Made by a program: the position numbers and the translations under genes. Below, piece after piece: positions 33,301 through 49,859 of a stretch of DNA of 64,000 bases (position 1 is the stretch's first letter; each line of letters starts with the position of its first letter). This DNA is from Bugula neritina (Eukaryota > Animalia > Bryozoa), in NCBI GenBank assembly GCA_964035545.1, contig OZ037767.1, positions 17,948,259 to 18,012,258 on the forward strand, read 5' to 3'. The notes under the pieces were generated by a model, which saw only the letters and a list, made by a program, of their open reading frames with translations, searched no databases and was not told where the DNA came from.

Positions 33301-36300
33301 ACTGAATAATACAGCAAAATGCTGAAGTTTAAGGTAACACAGTGAAGTATACTGCAAAATTCTTAAATATACTGTAACATACTGAAATAGGCCTCAACAT
33401 ACTTAAATATCCTGCAAGACACTGCAACATACGTAAAGACACTGTAACATATTGAAATACACTGCAACACATTGAAATATACCGCAACACACTGAAATAT
33501 ACTGCAACACATCCAAGTACATTGTATTATACGGACATGTACTGTAACATACTGAAACATACTGAAACAAATTGAAATATACTGTAACACACTGAATAAT
33601 ACAGCAAAATGCTGAAGTTTAAGGTAACACAGTGAAGTATACTGCAAAATTCTTAAGTATACTGTAACATACTGAAATAGGCCTCAACATACTTAAATAT
33701 CCTGCAAGACACTGCAACATACGTAAAGACACTGTAACATATTGAAATACACTGCAACATACTACAACATACTGAAGTACACTGTAAAATATTGAAAAAC
33801 ACTGCAACACATTGGAATATACTGCAACACACTGAAATTTACTGCAACATACTGAAATACACTGCAACATACTAAAATACACTGCAACATTCTGCAACAT
33901 ACTTCAACATACTGGAATACACTGTAACATAATGAAAGACCTTACAACTAACTGAAGTATAGTGCAATATACAAAAATGTACTGTAACATACTTATATTT
34001 ACTGTACCACACTTAAATATACTGCATCATACCGAAATAAGCTGCGACATACTGCAACATACTGAAATACACTGCAACATACTAAAATACACTGCAACAT
34101 ACTAAATTACACTGCAACATTCTGCAACATACTTCAACATACTGAAATACACCGTAACATAATGACATACACTGCAACACATTGAAATATACTGCAACAA
34201 ACTGAAATGTACTGCAACATACTGAAATACACTGCAACATATCGAAGTCTATCGTAATATACGGACATGTACTGTTACATACTGAAACACACTGAAACAT
34301 ACTGAAACATACTGAAACATACTGAAACATACTGCAACATACTGAAATACACTGTAACATACTGTAACATACTGAAATACACTGTAACTTATTGAAATAC
34401 ACTGCAACACATTGAAACATACTGCAACACACCGAAACATACGGCAACATACTGAAATATGATGTAGCATACTGAAATACACTGCAACACACTGAAGTAT
34501 ACTGTAATATACACAAATGTACTGTAACAAACTGAAACATACGTCAACATACTGAAATGTACCGCACCATACTAAAATACACTGTAATATACTGAATTAC
34601 ACTGCAACATACTGTAACATACTGAAATACGCTGTAACATATTGAAATACACTGCAACACATTGAAATATACTGTAACTCAATGAAATATAGTGTAATCA
34701 ACGGAAATGTACTGTAACATACTGAAACATACTGAAACATACTAAAATATACTGGAGCATACCGAAACGTACTGCAACATACTGAAATATACTGCGAGAT
34801 ACTGCAACATACTGAAATACACTGTAACATACTGAAATACACTGCAACATACTGCAACATACTGAATTACAGTGTAACATATTGAAATACACTGCAATAC
34901 ATTGAAATATACTGCAACACGCTGAAACATACTGCAGCATACTGAAATATACTGCAACTAACTAAAATACACTGTAACATACCGAAATAAGCTGCAACAT
35001 ACTGCAACATACTGAAACACACTGCAACATACTGAAACACACTGCAATATACTAAAATATACTGCAACATTTTGCAACAAACTTCAACATACTGAAATAC
35101 ACCGTAACATAATGAAATACACTGCAACACATTGAAATATACTGCAACAAACTGAAATATACTGCAACATACTGAAATGTACTGTAACATACTGAAATAC
35201 ACTGCAACATATCGAAGTCTATCGTAAAATACGGACATGTACTGTAACATACTGAAACACACTGAAACATACTGAAACATACTGAGACATACTGAAACAA
35301 ACTGAAATACACTGCAACATGCTGCAACATACTGAATCACACTGTAACATATTGAAATACACTGCAACACATTGAAATATACCGCAACACACTGAAATAT
35401 ACTGCAACACATCCAAGTACATTGTATTATACGGACATGTACTGTAACATACTGAAACATACTGAAACATACTGAATAATACAGCAAAATGCTGAAGTTT
35501 AAGGTAACACAGTGAAGTATACTGCAAAATTCTTAAATATACTGTAACATACTGAAATAGGCCTCAACATACTTAAATATCCTGCAAGACACTGCAACAT
35601 ACGTAAAGACACTGTAACATATTGAAATACACTGCAACATACTACAACATACTGAAGTACACTGTAAAATATTGAAAAACACTGCAACACATTGGAATAT
35701 ACTGCAACACACTGAAATTTACTGCAACATACTGAAATACACTGCAACATACTAAAATACACCGCAACATTCTGCAACATACTTCAACATACTGGAATAC
35801 ACTGTAACATAATGAAAGACCTTACAACTAACTGAAGTATAGTGCAATATACAAAAATGTACTGTAACATACTTATATTTACTGTACCACACTTAAATAT
35901 ACTGCATCATACCGAAATAAGCTGCGACATACTGCAACATACTGAAATACACTGCAACATACTAAAATACACTTCAACATACTAAATTACACTGCAACAT
36001 TCTGCAACATACTTCAACATACTGAAATACACCGTAACATAATGACATACACTGCAACATATCGAAGTCTATCGTAATATACGGACATGTACTGTAACAT
36101 ACTGAAACACACTGAAACATACTGAAACATACTGAAACATACTGAAACATACTGCAACATACTGAAATACACTGTAACATACTGTAACATACTGAAATAC
36201 ACTGTAACTTATTGAAATACACTGCAACACATTGAAATATACTGCAACACACCGAAACATACGGCAACATACTGAAATATGATGTAGCATACTGAAATAC

Positions 36301-36620
36301 ACTGAAACACACTGAAGTATACTGTAATATACACAAATGTACTGTAACAAACTGAAACATACGTCAACATACTGAAATGTACTGCACCATACTGAAATAC
36401 ACTGTAAGATACTGAATTACACTGCGACATACTGCAACATACTGAAATACGCTGTAACATATTGAAATACACTGCAACACATTGAAATATACCGTAACTC
36501 ACTAAAATATAGTGTTATCAACGGAAATGTACTGTAACATACTGAAACATACTGAAACATACTAAAATAAACTGGAGCATACCGAAACGTACTGCAACGT
36601 CCTGAAATAAACTGCGAGAT
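30309..36620. repeat. Divergent sub-domain of ~1.9-kb higher-order units containing a 2,170-bp tandem duplication (31269-33469 vs 33439-35639)
   Basis: Landmark ACGGCAACATACTGAAATATGATGTAGCAT is at 30371, 32271, 34441 and 36261 (spacings 1900, 2170, 1820). Domain-specific GCTGAAGTTTAAGGTAACAC is at 31441, 33321, 33611 and 35491. Confidence 0.9.
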
Positions 36621-38261
36621 ACTGCAACACACTGAAATATACTGCAACACACTGAAATACACTGCAAAATACTGAAATATACTTCAACATACTGCAACAT
36701 ACTGAAAGACACTACAACTAACTGAAGTATAGTGCAATATACAGAAATGTACTGTAACATACTGATATTTACTGTAACACACTTAAATATAGTGCAACAC
36801 ACTGAAATATACTGCAACATACCGAAATATACTGCAACATACTGCAACATACTGAAATACACTGTAACATACTGTAACATACTGAAATACACTGCAACAA
36901 ACTGCAACATACTGAAGTACACAGTAAAATTATGAAATACACTGCAACACATTGGAATATAGTGCAACACACTGAAATATACTGTAACATACCTAAATAA
37001 ACTGCAGCATACTGCAACATACTGAAGTACACTGTAAAATTATGAAATACACTGCAACACATTGGAATATAGTGCAACGCACTGAAATATACTGTAACAT
37101 ACCTAAATAACCTGCAACATTCTGCAACATACTTCAACATACTGAAATGCACTGTAACATAATTAAATACACTGCAACATACTGCAACATATTGAAGTAC
37201 ACTGTAAAATATTGAAATACACTGCAACACATTGGAATATACTGCAACACACTGAAATATACTGCAACATACTGAAATTTACTGCAACATACTGTAACAT
37301 ACTGAAATACACTGTAACAAACTGAAATACACTGCAACACATTGGAATATTCTGCAACATACCCAAATAAATGGTAATATACTGAAATATACTGAAATAC
37401 ACTGTAACACAATGAAAAATACTGCAACATACTGGAGTATAGTGTAATATACGGAAAAATACTGCAACATACTGAAATACACTGTAACATACTGAAATAC
37501 ACTGCAACATACTGAAATACCCTGCTACATACTGAAATATACTGCAGGATACTGCAACATACTGAAATACAGTGTAACATACTGAAATACACTGCAACAT
37601 ACTGCATTATACTGACGTACACTGGAACATATTGAAATACACTGCAACAAATTGAAGTATACTGCAACACACTGAAACATACGGCAACATACTCAAATAT
37701 ACTGCAACATATTGAAATACACTGCAACATACTGCATTATACTGACATACACTGAAACATATTGAAAAACACTGCAACACATTGAAATATACTGCAACAC
37801 ACCGAAACATACGGCAACATACTGAAGTATGCTGTAGCACACTGAAATACACTGCAACACACTGAAGTATACTGTAATATAGAGAAATGTACTGTAACAA
37901 ACTGAAACATCTGTCAACATACTGAAATACACTGCCACATACTGAAATATACAGCAACATACTGCAACATTCTTACATACGCTGTAACATACTGAAATAC
38001 ACTGCAACATACTACAACATATTGAAATACACTGCAACACATTGGAATATACTGCAACATACTGAACTATACTGCAAGATACTGCAATATACCGAAATAC
38101 ACTGTAACGTACTGAAAGACACAGCAACATACTGCATTATATTGACATACACTGAAACATATTGAAATACACTGCAACAAATTGAAGTATACTGCAACAC
38201 ACTGAAACATACGGCAACATACTGAAATAGACTGTAACACATTGAAAAACCCTGCAACATT

Positions 38262-41200
38262 CTGCAACATACTGAAATACACTGTAACATACTGAAACAC
38301 ACTGCAACATACTACAACATACTGAAATACACTGTAACATATTGAAATACACTGCAACACATTGAAATATACTGGAACACACTGAGACATACGGCAACAT
38401 ACTGTAATATACTGTAACACATTGAAAAACCCTGCAACATTCTGCAACATACTGAAATACACTGTAACATACTGAAATACACTGCAACATACTACAACAT
38501 ACTGAAATACACTGTAACATATTGAAATACACTGCAACACATTGAAATATACTGCAACACACTGAAACATACGGCAACATGCTGAAATATACTGCGACAC
38601 ATTGCAATATACTGTAAGATACTGCAACATACTGAAATACAGTGTAACATACTGAAATACACTGCAACATACTGCATTATACTGACATACACTGGAACAT
38701 ATTGAAATACACTGCAACAAATTGAAGTATACTGCAACACACTGAAACATACGGCAACATACTCAAATATACTGCAACATACTGAAATACACTGCCACAT
38801 ACTGAAATATACAGCAACATACTGCAACATTCTTACATACGCTGTAGCATACTGAAATACACTGCAACATACTACAACATTTTGAAATACACTGCAACAC
38901 ATTGGAATATACTGCAACATACTGAACTATACTGCAAGATACTGCAATATACTGAAATACACTGTAACATACTGAAATACACAGCAACATACTGCATCAT
39001 ATTGACATACACTGAAACATATTGAAATACACTGCAACAAACTAAAGTATACTGCAACACACTGAAACATACGGCAACATACTGAAATACACTGTAACAC
39101 ATTGAAAAACCCTGCAACATTCTGCAACATACTGAAATACACTGTAACATACTGAAATACACTGCAACATACTACAACATACTGAAACACACCGTAACAT
39201 ATTGAAATACACAGCAACACATTGAAATATACTGGAACACACTGAAACGTACGGCAACATGCTGAAATATACTGCGACACATTGCAATATACTGCAAGAT
39301 ACTGCAACATACTGAAATACAGTGTAACATACTGAAATACGCCGCAACATACTGCATTATACTGACATACACTGGAACATATTGAAATACACTGCAACAA
39401 ATTGAAGTATACTGCAACACACTGAAACATACGGCAACATACTCAAATATACTGCAACATACTGAAATACACTGCAACATACTGCATTATACTGACATAC
39501 ACTGAAACATATTAAAATACACTGCAACAAATTGAAGTATACTGCAACACACTGAAACATACAGCAACATGCTGTAATATACTGTAACACATTGAAAAAC
39601 ACTGCAAAATACTGAAAAATGCTGTAGCGCACTAAAATACACTGTAACATAATGAAATGCACTGCAACACATTGAAATATACTGCAACACATTGAAATAT
39701 ACTGCAACACACTGCAACTTACTGAAATACACTGTAACATACCGAAATACACTGCAAAACACTACAACATACTGAAATAGACTCTAACATATTGAAATAC
39801 ACTGCAACACATTGAAATATACTGCAACATACCGAAATATGTGGTAAACTACTGAAATATACTGTAACACATAGAAAAACACTGCAATATACTGAAATAT
39901 ACTGTAACACACTGAAATATACTGCGACATACTGAAAAACACTGTAACATACTCAAATATACTGCAACACATTGAAATATACTGCAACATACTGAATATA
40001 ATGCACGATACTGCAACATACCGAAATACACTGTGACATACTGAGATACACTGCAACATACTGCAACATACTGCAACACACGGAAGTTTGCTGTAACATA
40101 TTGAAATGCACCGCAACATACTGAAATACACTGCAACTTATTGAAATATACTGCAACATACCGAAATATATGGTAAACTACTGAAATATACTGTAACACA
40201 TAGAAAAATACTGCAATATACTGAAATATACTGCAACACACTGAAATATACTGCAACATACTGAAATACACTGTAACATACTGAAACATACTGCAACATA
40301 CTGAAACACACTGCAACATACTACAACATATTGAAATACACTGCAATACATTGGAATATACTGCAACACACTGAAACATACTGCAACATACTGAAATATA
40401 CTGCAAGATATCGAAGTATATGGTAATATTTGGACATGTACTGTAACGTACTGAAACATACTGAAACATACTAAAATATACTGAAACATACTAAAATATA
40501 CTGGAACATACCGAAACATACTGCAGCATAATGACATATACTGTACCACACTGAAATGTACGGCAAAATACTGAAATACACTGTAACATACTGAAACATA
40601 CTGCAACATAGTGAAATACACTGCAACATACTACAACATATTGAAATACACTGCAACACATTGAAATATACTGCAACATACCTAAATAGCCGAGAATATA
40701 CTGAAATATACTGTAACACATTGAAAAATACTGCAACATACTGGAATGTACTGCAAGATACTGCAACACACTGAAATATACTTTAACATACTGAAATACA
40801 CTTCAACATACTGACTTATACTGACATACACTGGAACATATTGAGATACACTGCAACAAATTGAAGTATACTGCAACACACTGAAACATACGGCAAATTG
40901 CTGAAATATACTGCGACACTTTGAAATATACTGCAACATACTGCAATATACTGGAATATAATGCAAGATACTGCAACATACTGAAATACACTGTGACATA
41001 CTGAGATACACTGCAACATACTGCAACATACTGCAACACACTGAAATACACTGTAACATATTGAAATACACTGCAATACATTGAAATATACTGCAACACA
41101 CTGAAACATACTGCAACATACTGAAATTTACCGCAACATATCGAAGTATATCGTAATATACGGACATGTACTGTAACATACTGAAACATACTGAAACATA

Positions 41201-44200
41201 CTAAAATATACTGGAACATACCGAAAATACTGCAACATAATGAAATATACTGTACCACCAAATGTACTGTAACATATTGGAATATACTGTAACACACTGA
41301 AATATACTGCAACATATTGAAATACACTGTAACATAATGAAATATACTGCAACATACTGCAACATACTGCAACATACTGAAATACACTGTAACATACTGA
41401 AATACACTGCAACATACTACAACATAGTGAAATACACTGCAACATACTGAAATATACTGTGACACACTGAAAGAGACTGCAACACACTGAAATACACTGT
41501 AACATACTGAAATACACTGCAACATACTGAAATACCCTGCTACATACTGAAATATACTGCAAGATAATACATCATATTGAAATACACTGCAACACATTGA
41601 AATATACTGCAACAAACCTAAATATATGGTAATATACTGAAATATACTGTAACATACTGAAATATACTGCAAGATACTGCAACATACTGAAATGCACTTC
41701 AACATACTGAAATACACTGCAACATACTGACTTATACCAACATACACTGGCACATATTGAAATACACTGCAACAAATTGAAGTATGCTGCAACACACTCA
41801 AACATACGGCAACATGCTGAAATATACAGCGACGCATTGAAATATACTGCAACATACTGCAATATACTGAAATATAATGCAAGATACTGCAACATACTGA
41901 AATACACTGTGACATACTGAGATACACTGCAACATACTGCAACATACTGAAATACACTGTAACTTATTGAAATACACTGCAACACATTGAAATATACTGC
42001 AACACACCGAAACATACGGCAACATACTGAAATATGATGTAGCATACTGAAATACACTGCAACACACTGAAGTATACTGTAATATACACAAATGTACTGT
42101 AACAAACTGAAACATACGTCAACATACTGAAATGTACTGCACCATACTGAAATACACTGTAATATACTGAATTACACTGCAACATACTGCAACATACTGA
42201 AATACGCTGTAACATATTGAAATACACTGCAACACATTGAAATATACTGTAACTCAATGAAATATAGTGTAATCAACGGAAATGTACTGTAACATACTGA
42301 AACATACTGAAACATACTAAAATATACTGGAGCATACCGAAACGTACTGCAACATACTGAAATATACTGCGAGATACTGCAACATACTGAAATACACTGT
42401 AACATACTGAAATACACTGCAACATACTGCAACATACTGAATTACAGTGTAACATATTGAAATACACTGCAATACATTGAAATATACTGCAACACGCTGA
42501 AACATACTGCAGCATACTGAAATATACTGCAACAGATCGAAGTGTATCGTAATATACGGACATGTACTGTAACATACTGAAACATAACGAAACATACTAA
42601 AATATACTGGAACATACCGGAACATACTGCAACATAATGAAATATACTGTACCACACTGAAATATACGGCAAAATACTGAAATATACTTCAACATACTGA
42701 AATATACTGCAACATACTGCAACACACGGAAGTTTGCTGTAACATGTTAAAATGCACGGCAACATACTAAAATACACTGCAACAAACCTAAATATATGGG
42801 AATATACTGAAATATACTGTACTACGTTGAAAAACCCTGCAACATTCTGCAACATACTGAAATACACTGTAACATACTGAAATACACTGCAACATACTAC
42901 AACATACTGAAATACACTGTAACATATTGAAATACACTGCAACACATTGAAATATACTGCAACACACTGAAACATACGGCAACATGCAGAAATATACTGC
43001 GACACATTGCAATATACTGCAAGATACTGCAACATACTGAAATACAGTGTAACATACTGAAATACACTGCAACATACTGCATTATACTGACATACACTGG
43101 AACATATTGAAATACACTGCAACAAATTGAAGTATACTGCAACACACTGAAACATACGGCAACATACTCAAATATACTGCAACATACTGAAATACACTGC
43201 AACATACTGCATTATACTGACATACACTGAAACATATTGAAACACACTGCAACAAATTGAAGTATACTGCAACACACTGAAACATACAGCAACATGCTGA
43301 AATATACTGTAACACATTGAAAAACACTGCAAAATACTGAAAAATGCTGTAGCGCACTAAAATACACTGTAACATATTGAAATGCACTGCAACACATTGA
43401 AATATACTGCAACACATTGAAATATACTGCAACACACTGCAACTTACTAAAATACACTGTAACATACTGAAATACACTGCAAAATACTACGACATACTGA
43501 AATACACTGTAACATTCTGCAACATACTTCAACATACTGAAATACACCGTAACATAATGAAATACACTGCAACACATTGAAATATACTGCAACAAACTGA
43601 AATATACTGCAACATACTGAAATGTACTGCAACATACTGAAATACACTGCAACATATCGAAGTCTGACGTAATACACGGACATGTACTGTAACATACTGA
43701 AACACACTGAAACATACTGAAACATATTGAAACATACTGAAACGTACTGCAACATACTGAAATACACTGTAACATACTGTAACATACTGAAATACACTGC
43801 AACAAACTGCAACATACTGAAGTACCCTGTACATATTGAAAAACACTGCAACACACTGAAATATACTGCAACACACTGAAATACACTGCAAAATACTGAA
43901 ATATACTTCAACATACTGCAACATGCTGAAAGACACTACAACTAACTGAAGTATAGTGCAATATACAGAAATGTACTGTAACATACTGATATTTACTGTA
44001 ACACACTTAAATATAGTGCAACACTGAAATATACTGCAACATACTGCAACATACTGAAATACACTGTAACATACTGAAACACACTGCAACATACTACAAC
44101 ATACTGAAATACACTGTAACATATTGAAATACACTGCAACACATTGAAATATACTGGAACACACTGAGACATACGGCAACATACTGTAATATACTGTAAC

Positions 44201-47200
44201 ACATTGAAAAACCCTGCAACATTCTGCAACATACTGAAATACACTGTAACATACTGAAATACACTGCAACATACTACAACATACTGAAATACACTGTAAC
44301 ATATTGAAATACACTGCAACACATTGAAATATACTGCAACACACTGAAACATACGGCAACATGCTGAAATATACTGCGACACATTGCAATATACTGTAAG
44401 ATACTGCAACATACTGAAATACAGTGTAACATACTGAAATACACTGCAACATACTGCATTATACTGACATACACTGGAACATATTGAAATACACTGCAAC
44501 AAATTGAAGTATACTGCAACACACTGAAACATACGGCAACATACTCAAATATACTGCAACATACTGAAATACACTGCCACATACTGAAATATACAGCAAC
44601 ATACTGCAACATTCTTACATACGCTGTAGCATACTGAAATACACTGCAACATACTACAACATTTTGAAATACACTGCAACACATTGGAATATACTGCAAC
44701 ATACTGAACTATACTGCAAGATACTGCAATATACTGAAATACACTGTAACATACTGAAATACACAGCAACATACTGCATCATATTGACATACACTGAAAC
44801 ATATTGAAATACACTGCAACAAACTAAAGTATACTGCAACACACTGAAACATACGGCAACATACTGAAATACACTGTAACACATTGAAAAACCCTGCAAC
44901 ATTCTGCAACATACTGAAATACACTGTAACATACTGAAATACACTGCAACATACTACAACATACTGAAACACACCGTAACATATTGAAATACACAGCAAC
45001 ACATTGAAATATACTGGAACACACTGAAACGTACGGCAACATGCTGAAATATACTGCGACACATTGCAATATACTGCAAGATACTGCAACATACTGAAAT
45101 ACAGTGTAACATACTGAAATACGCCGCAACATACTGCATTATACTGACATACACTGGAACATATTGAAATACACTGCAACAAATTGAAGTATACTGCAAC
45201 ACACTGAAACATACGGCAACATACTCAAATATACTGCAACATACTGAAATACACTGCAACATACTGCATTATACTGACATACACTGAAACATATTAAAAT
45301 ACACTGCAACAAATTGAAGTATACTGCAACACACTGAAACATACAGCAACATGCTGTAATATACTGTAACACATTGAAAAACACTGCAAAATACTGAAAA
45401 ATGCTGTAGCGCACTAAAATACACTGTAACATAATGAAATGCACTGCAACACATTGAAATATACTGCAACACATTGAAATATACTGCAACACACTGCAAC
45501 TTACTGAAATACACTGTAACATACCGAAATACACTGCAAAACACTACAACATACTGAAATAGACTCTAACATATTGAAATACACTGCAACACATTGAAAT
45601 ATACTGCAACATACCGAAATATGTGGTAAACTACTGAAATATACTGTAACACATAGAAAAACACTGCAATATACTGAAATATACTGTAACACACTGAAAT
45701 ATACTGCGACATACTGAAAAACACTGTAACATACTCAAATATACTGCAACACATTGAAATATACTGCAACATACTGAATATAATGCACGATACTGCAACA
45801 TACCGAAATACACTGTGACATACTGAGATACACTGCAACATACTGCAACATACTGCAACACACGGAAGTTTGCTGTAACATATTGAAATGCACCGCAACA
45901 TACTGAAATACACTGCAACTTATTGAAATATACTGCAACATACCGAAATATATGGTAAACTACTGAAATATACTGTAACACATAGAAAAATACTGCAATA
46001 TACTGAAATATACTGCAACACACTGAAATATACTGCAACATACTGAAATACACTGTAACATACTGAAACATACTGCAACATACTGAAACACACTGCAACA
46101 TACTACAACATATTGAAATACACTGCAATACATTGGAATATACTGCAACACACTGAAACATACTGCAACATACTGAAATATACTGCAAGATATCGAAGTA
46201 TATGGTAATATTTGGACATGTACTGTAACGTACTGAAACATACTGAAACATACTAAAATATACTGAAACATACTAAAATATACTGGAACATACCGAAACA
46301 TACTGCAGCATAATGACATATACTGTACCACACTGAAATGTACGGCAAAATACTGAAATACACTGTAACATACTGAAACATACTGCAACATAGTGAAATA
46401 CACTGCAACATACTACAACATATTGAAATACACTGCAACACATTGAAATATACTGCAACATACCTAAATAGCCGAGAATATACTGAAATATACTGTAACA
46501 CATTGAAAAATACTGCAACATACTGGAATGTACTGCAAGATACTGCAACACACTGAAATATACTTTAACATACTGAAATACACTTCAACATACTGACTTA
46601 TACTGACATACACTGGAACATATTGAGATACACTGCAACAAATTGAAGTATACTGCAACACACTGAAACATACGGCAAATTGCTGAAATATACTGCGACA
46701 CTTTGAAATATACTGCAACATACTGCAATATACTGGAATATAATGCAAGATACTGCAACATACTGAAATACACTGTGACATACTGAGATACACTGCAACA
46801 TACTGCAACATACTGCAACACACTGAAATACACTGTAACATATTGAAATACACTGCAATACATTGAAATATACTGCAACACACTGAAACATACTGCAACA
46901 TACTGAAATTTACCGCAACATATCGAAGTATATCGTAATATACGGACATGTACTGTAACATACTGAAACATACTGAAACATACTAAAATATACTGGAACA
47001 TACCGAAACATACTGCAACATAATGAAATATACTGTACCACCAAATGTACTGTAACATATTGGAATATACTGTAACACACTGAAATATACTGCAACATAT
47101 TGAAATACACTGTAACATAATGAAATATACTGCAACATACTGCAACATACTGCAACATACTGAAATACACTGTAACATACTGAAATACACTGCAACATAC

Positions 47201-49859
47201 TACAACATAGTGAAATACACTGCAACATACTGAAATATACTGTGACACACTGAAAGAGACTGCAACACACTGAAATACACTGTAACATACTGAAATACAC
47301 TGCAACATACTGAAATACCCTGCTACATACTGAAATATACTGCAAGATAATACATCATATTGAAATACACTGCAACACATTGAAATATACTGCAACAAAC
47401 CTAAATATATGGTAATATACTGAAATATACTGTAACATACTGAAATATACTGCAAGATACTGCAACATACTGAAATGCACTTCAACATACTGAAATACAC
47501 TGCAACATACTGACTTATACCAACATACACTGGCACATATTGAAATACACTGCAACAAATTGAAGTATGCTGCAACACACTCAAACATACGGCAACATGC
47601 TGAAATATACAGCGACGCATTGAAATATACTGCAACATACTGCAATATACTGAAATATAATGCAAGATACTGCAACATACTGAAATACACTGTGACATAC
47701 TGAGATACACTGCAACATACTGCAACATACTGAAATACACTGTAACTTATTGAAATACACTGCAACACATTGAAATATACTGCAACACACCGAAACATAC
47801 GGCAACATACTGAAATATGATGTAGCATACTGAAATACACTGCAACACACTGAAGTATACTGTAATATACACAAATGTACTGTAACAAACTGAAACATAC
47901 GTCAACATACTGAAATGTACTGCACCATACTGAAATACACTGTAATATACTGAATTACACTGCAACATACTGCAACATACTGAAATACGCTGTAACATAT
48001 TGAAATACACTGCAACACATTGAAATATACTGTAACTCAATGAAATATAGTGTAATCAACGGAAATGTACTGTAACATACTGAAACATACTGAAACATAC
48101 TAAAATATACTGGAGCATACCGAAACGTACTGCAACATACTGAAATATACTGCGAGATACTGCAACATACTGAAATACACTGTAACATACTGAAATACAC
48201 TGCAACATACTGCAACATACTGAATTACAGTGTAACATATTGAAATACACTGCAATACATTGAAATATACTGCAACACGCTGAAACATACTGCAGCATAC
48301 TGAAATATACTGCAACAGATCGAAGTGTATCGTAATATACGGACATGTACTGTAACATACTGAAACATAACGAAACATACTAAAATATACTGGAACATAC
48401 CGGAACATACTGCAACATAATGAAATATACTGTACCACACTGAAATATACGGCAAAATACTGAAATATACTTCAACATACTGAAATATACTGCAACATAC
48501 TGCAACACACGGAAGTTTGCTGTAACATGTTAAAATGCACGGCAACATACTAAAATACACTGCAACAAACCTAAATATATGGGAATATACTGAAATATAC
48601 TGTACTACGTTGAAAAACCCTGCAACATTCTGCAACATACTGAAATACACTGTAACATACTGAAATACACTGCAACATACTACAACATACTGAAATACAC
48701 TGTAACATATTGAAATACACTGCAACACATTGAAATATACTGCAACACACTGAAACATACGGCAACATGCAGAAATATACTGCGACACATTGCAATATAC
48801 TGCAAGATACTGCAACATACTGAAATACAGTGTAACATACTGAAATACACTGCAACATACTGCATTATACTGACATACACTGGAACATATTGAAATACAC
48901 TGCAACAAATTGAAGTATACTGCAACACACTGAAACATACGGCAACATACTCAAATATACTGCAACATACTGAAATACACTGCAACATACTGCATTATAC
49001 TGACATACACTGAAACATATTGAAACACACTGCAACAAATTGAAGTATACTGCAACACACTGAAACATACAGCAACATGCTGAAATATACTGTAACACAT
49101 TGAAAAACACTGCAAAATACTGAAAAATGCTGTAGCGCACTAAAATACACTGTAACATATTGAAATGCACTGCAACACATTGAAATATACTGCAACACAT
49201 TGAAATATACTGCAACACACTGCAACTTACTAAAATACACTGTAACATACTGAAATACACTGCAAAATACTACGACATACTGAAATACACTGTAACATTC
49301 TGCAACATACTTCAACATACTGAAATACACCGTAACATAATGAAATACACTGCAACACATTGAAATATACTGCAACAAACTGAAATATACTGCAACATAC
49401 TGAAATGTACTGCAACATACTGAAATACACTGCAACATATCGAAGTCTGACGTAATACACGGACATGTACTGTAACATACTGAAACACACTGAAACATAC
49501 TGAAACATATTGAAACATACTGAAACGTACTGCAACATACTGAAATACACTGTAACATACTGTAACATACTGAAATACACTGCAACAAACTGCAACATAC
49601 TGAAGTACCCTGTACATATTGAAAAACACTGCAACACACTGAAATATACTGCAACACACTGAAATACACTGCAAAATACTGAAATATACTTCAACATACT
49701 GCAACATGCTGAAAGACACTACAACTAACTGAAGTATAGTGCAATATACAGAAATGTACTGTAACATACTGATATTTACTGTAACACACTTAAATATAGT
49801 GCAACACTGAAATATACTGCAACATACTGCAACATACTGAAATACACTGTAACATACTG
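38262..49859. repeat. Near-perfect 5,782/5,783-bp tandem duplication (38262-44076 vs 44044-49859)
   Basis: Offset is 5782 (38492/44274) and becomes 5783 (41572/47355) after a single 1-bp deletion in copy 1 (ACCGAAAAT at 41220-41228 vs ACCGAAACAT at 47002-47011). Confidence 0.95.

Noticed and set aside
36732-36935. Only plus-strand ORF (67 aa)
   Set aside because: It is a chance stop-free run within the satellite, and its translation is just the repeat.
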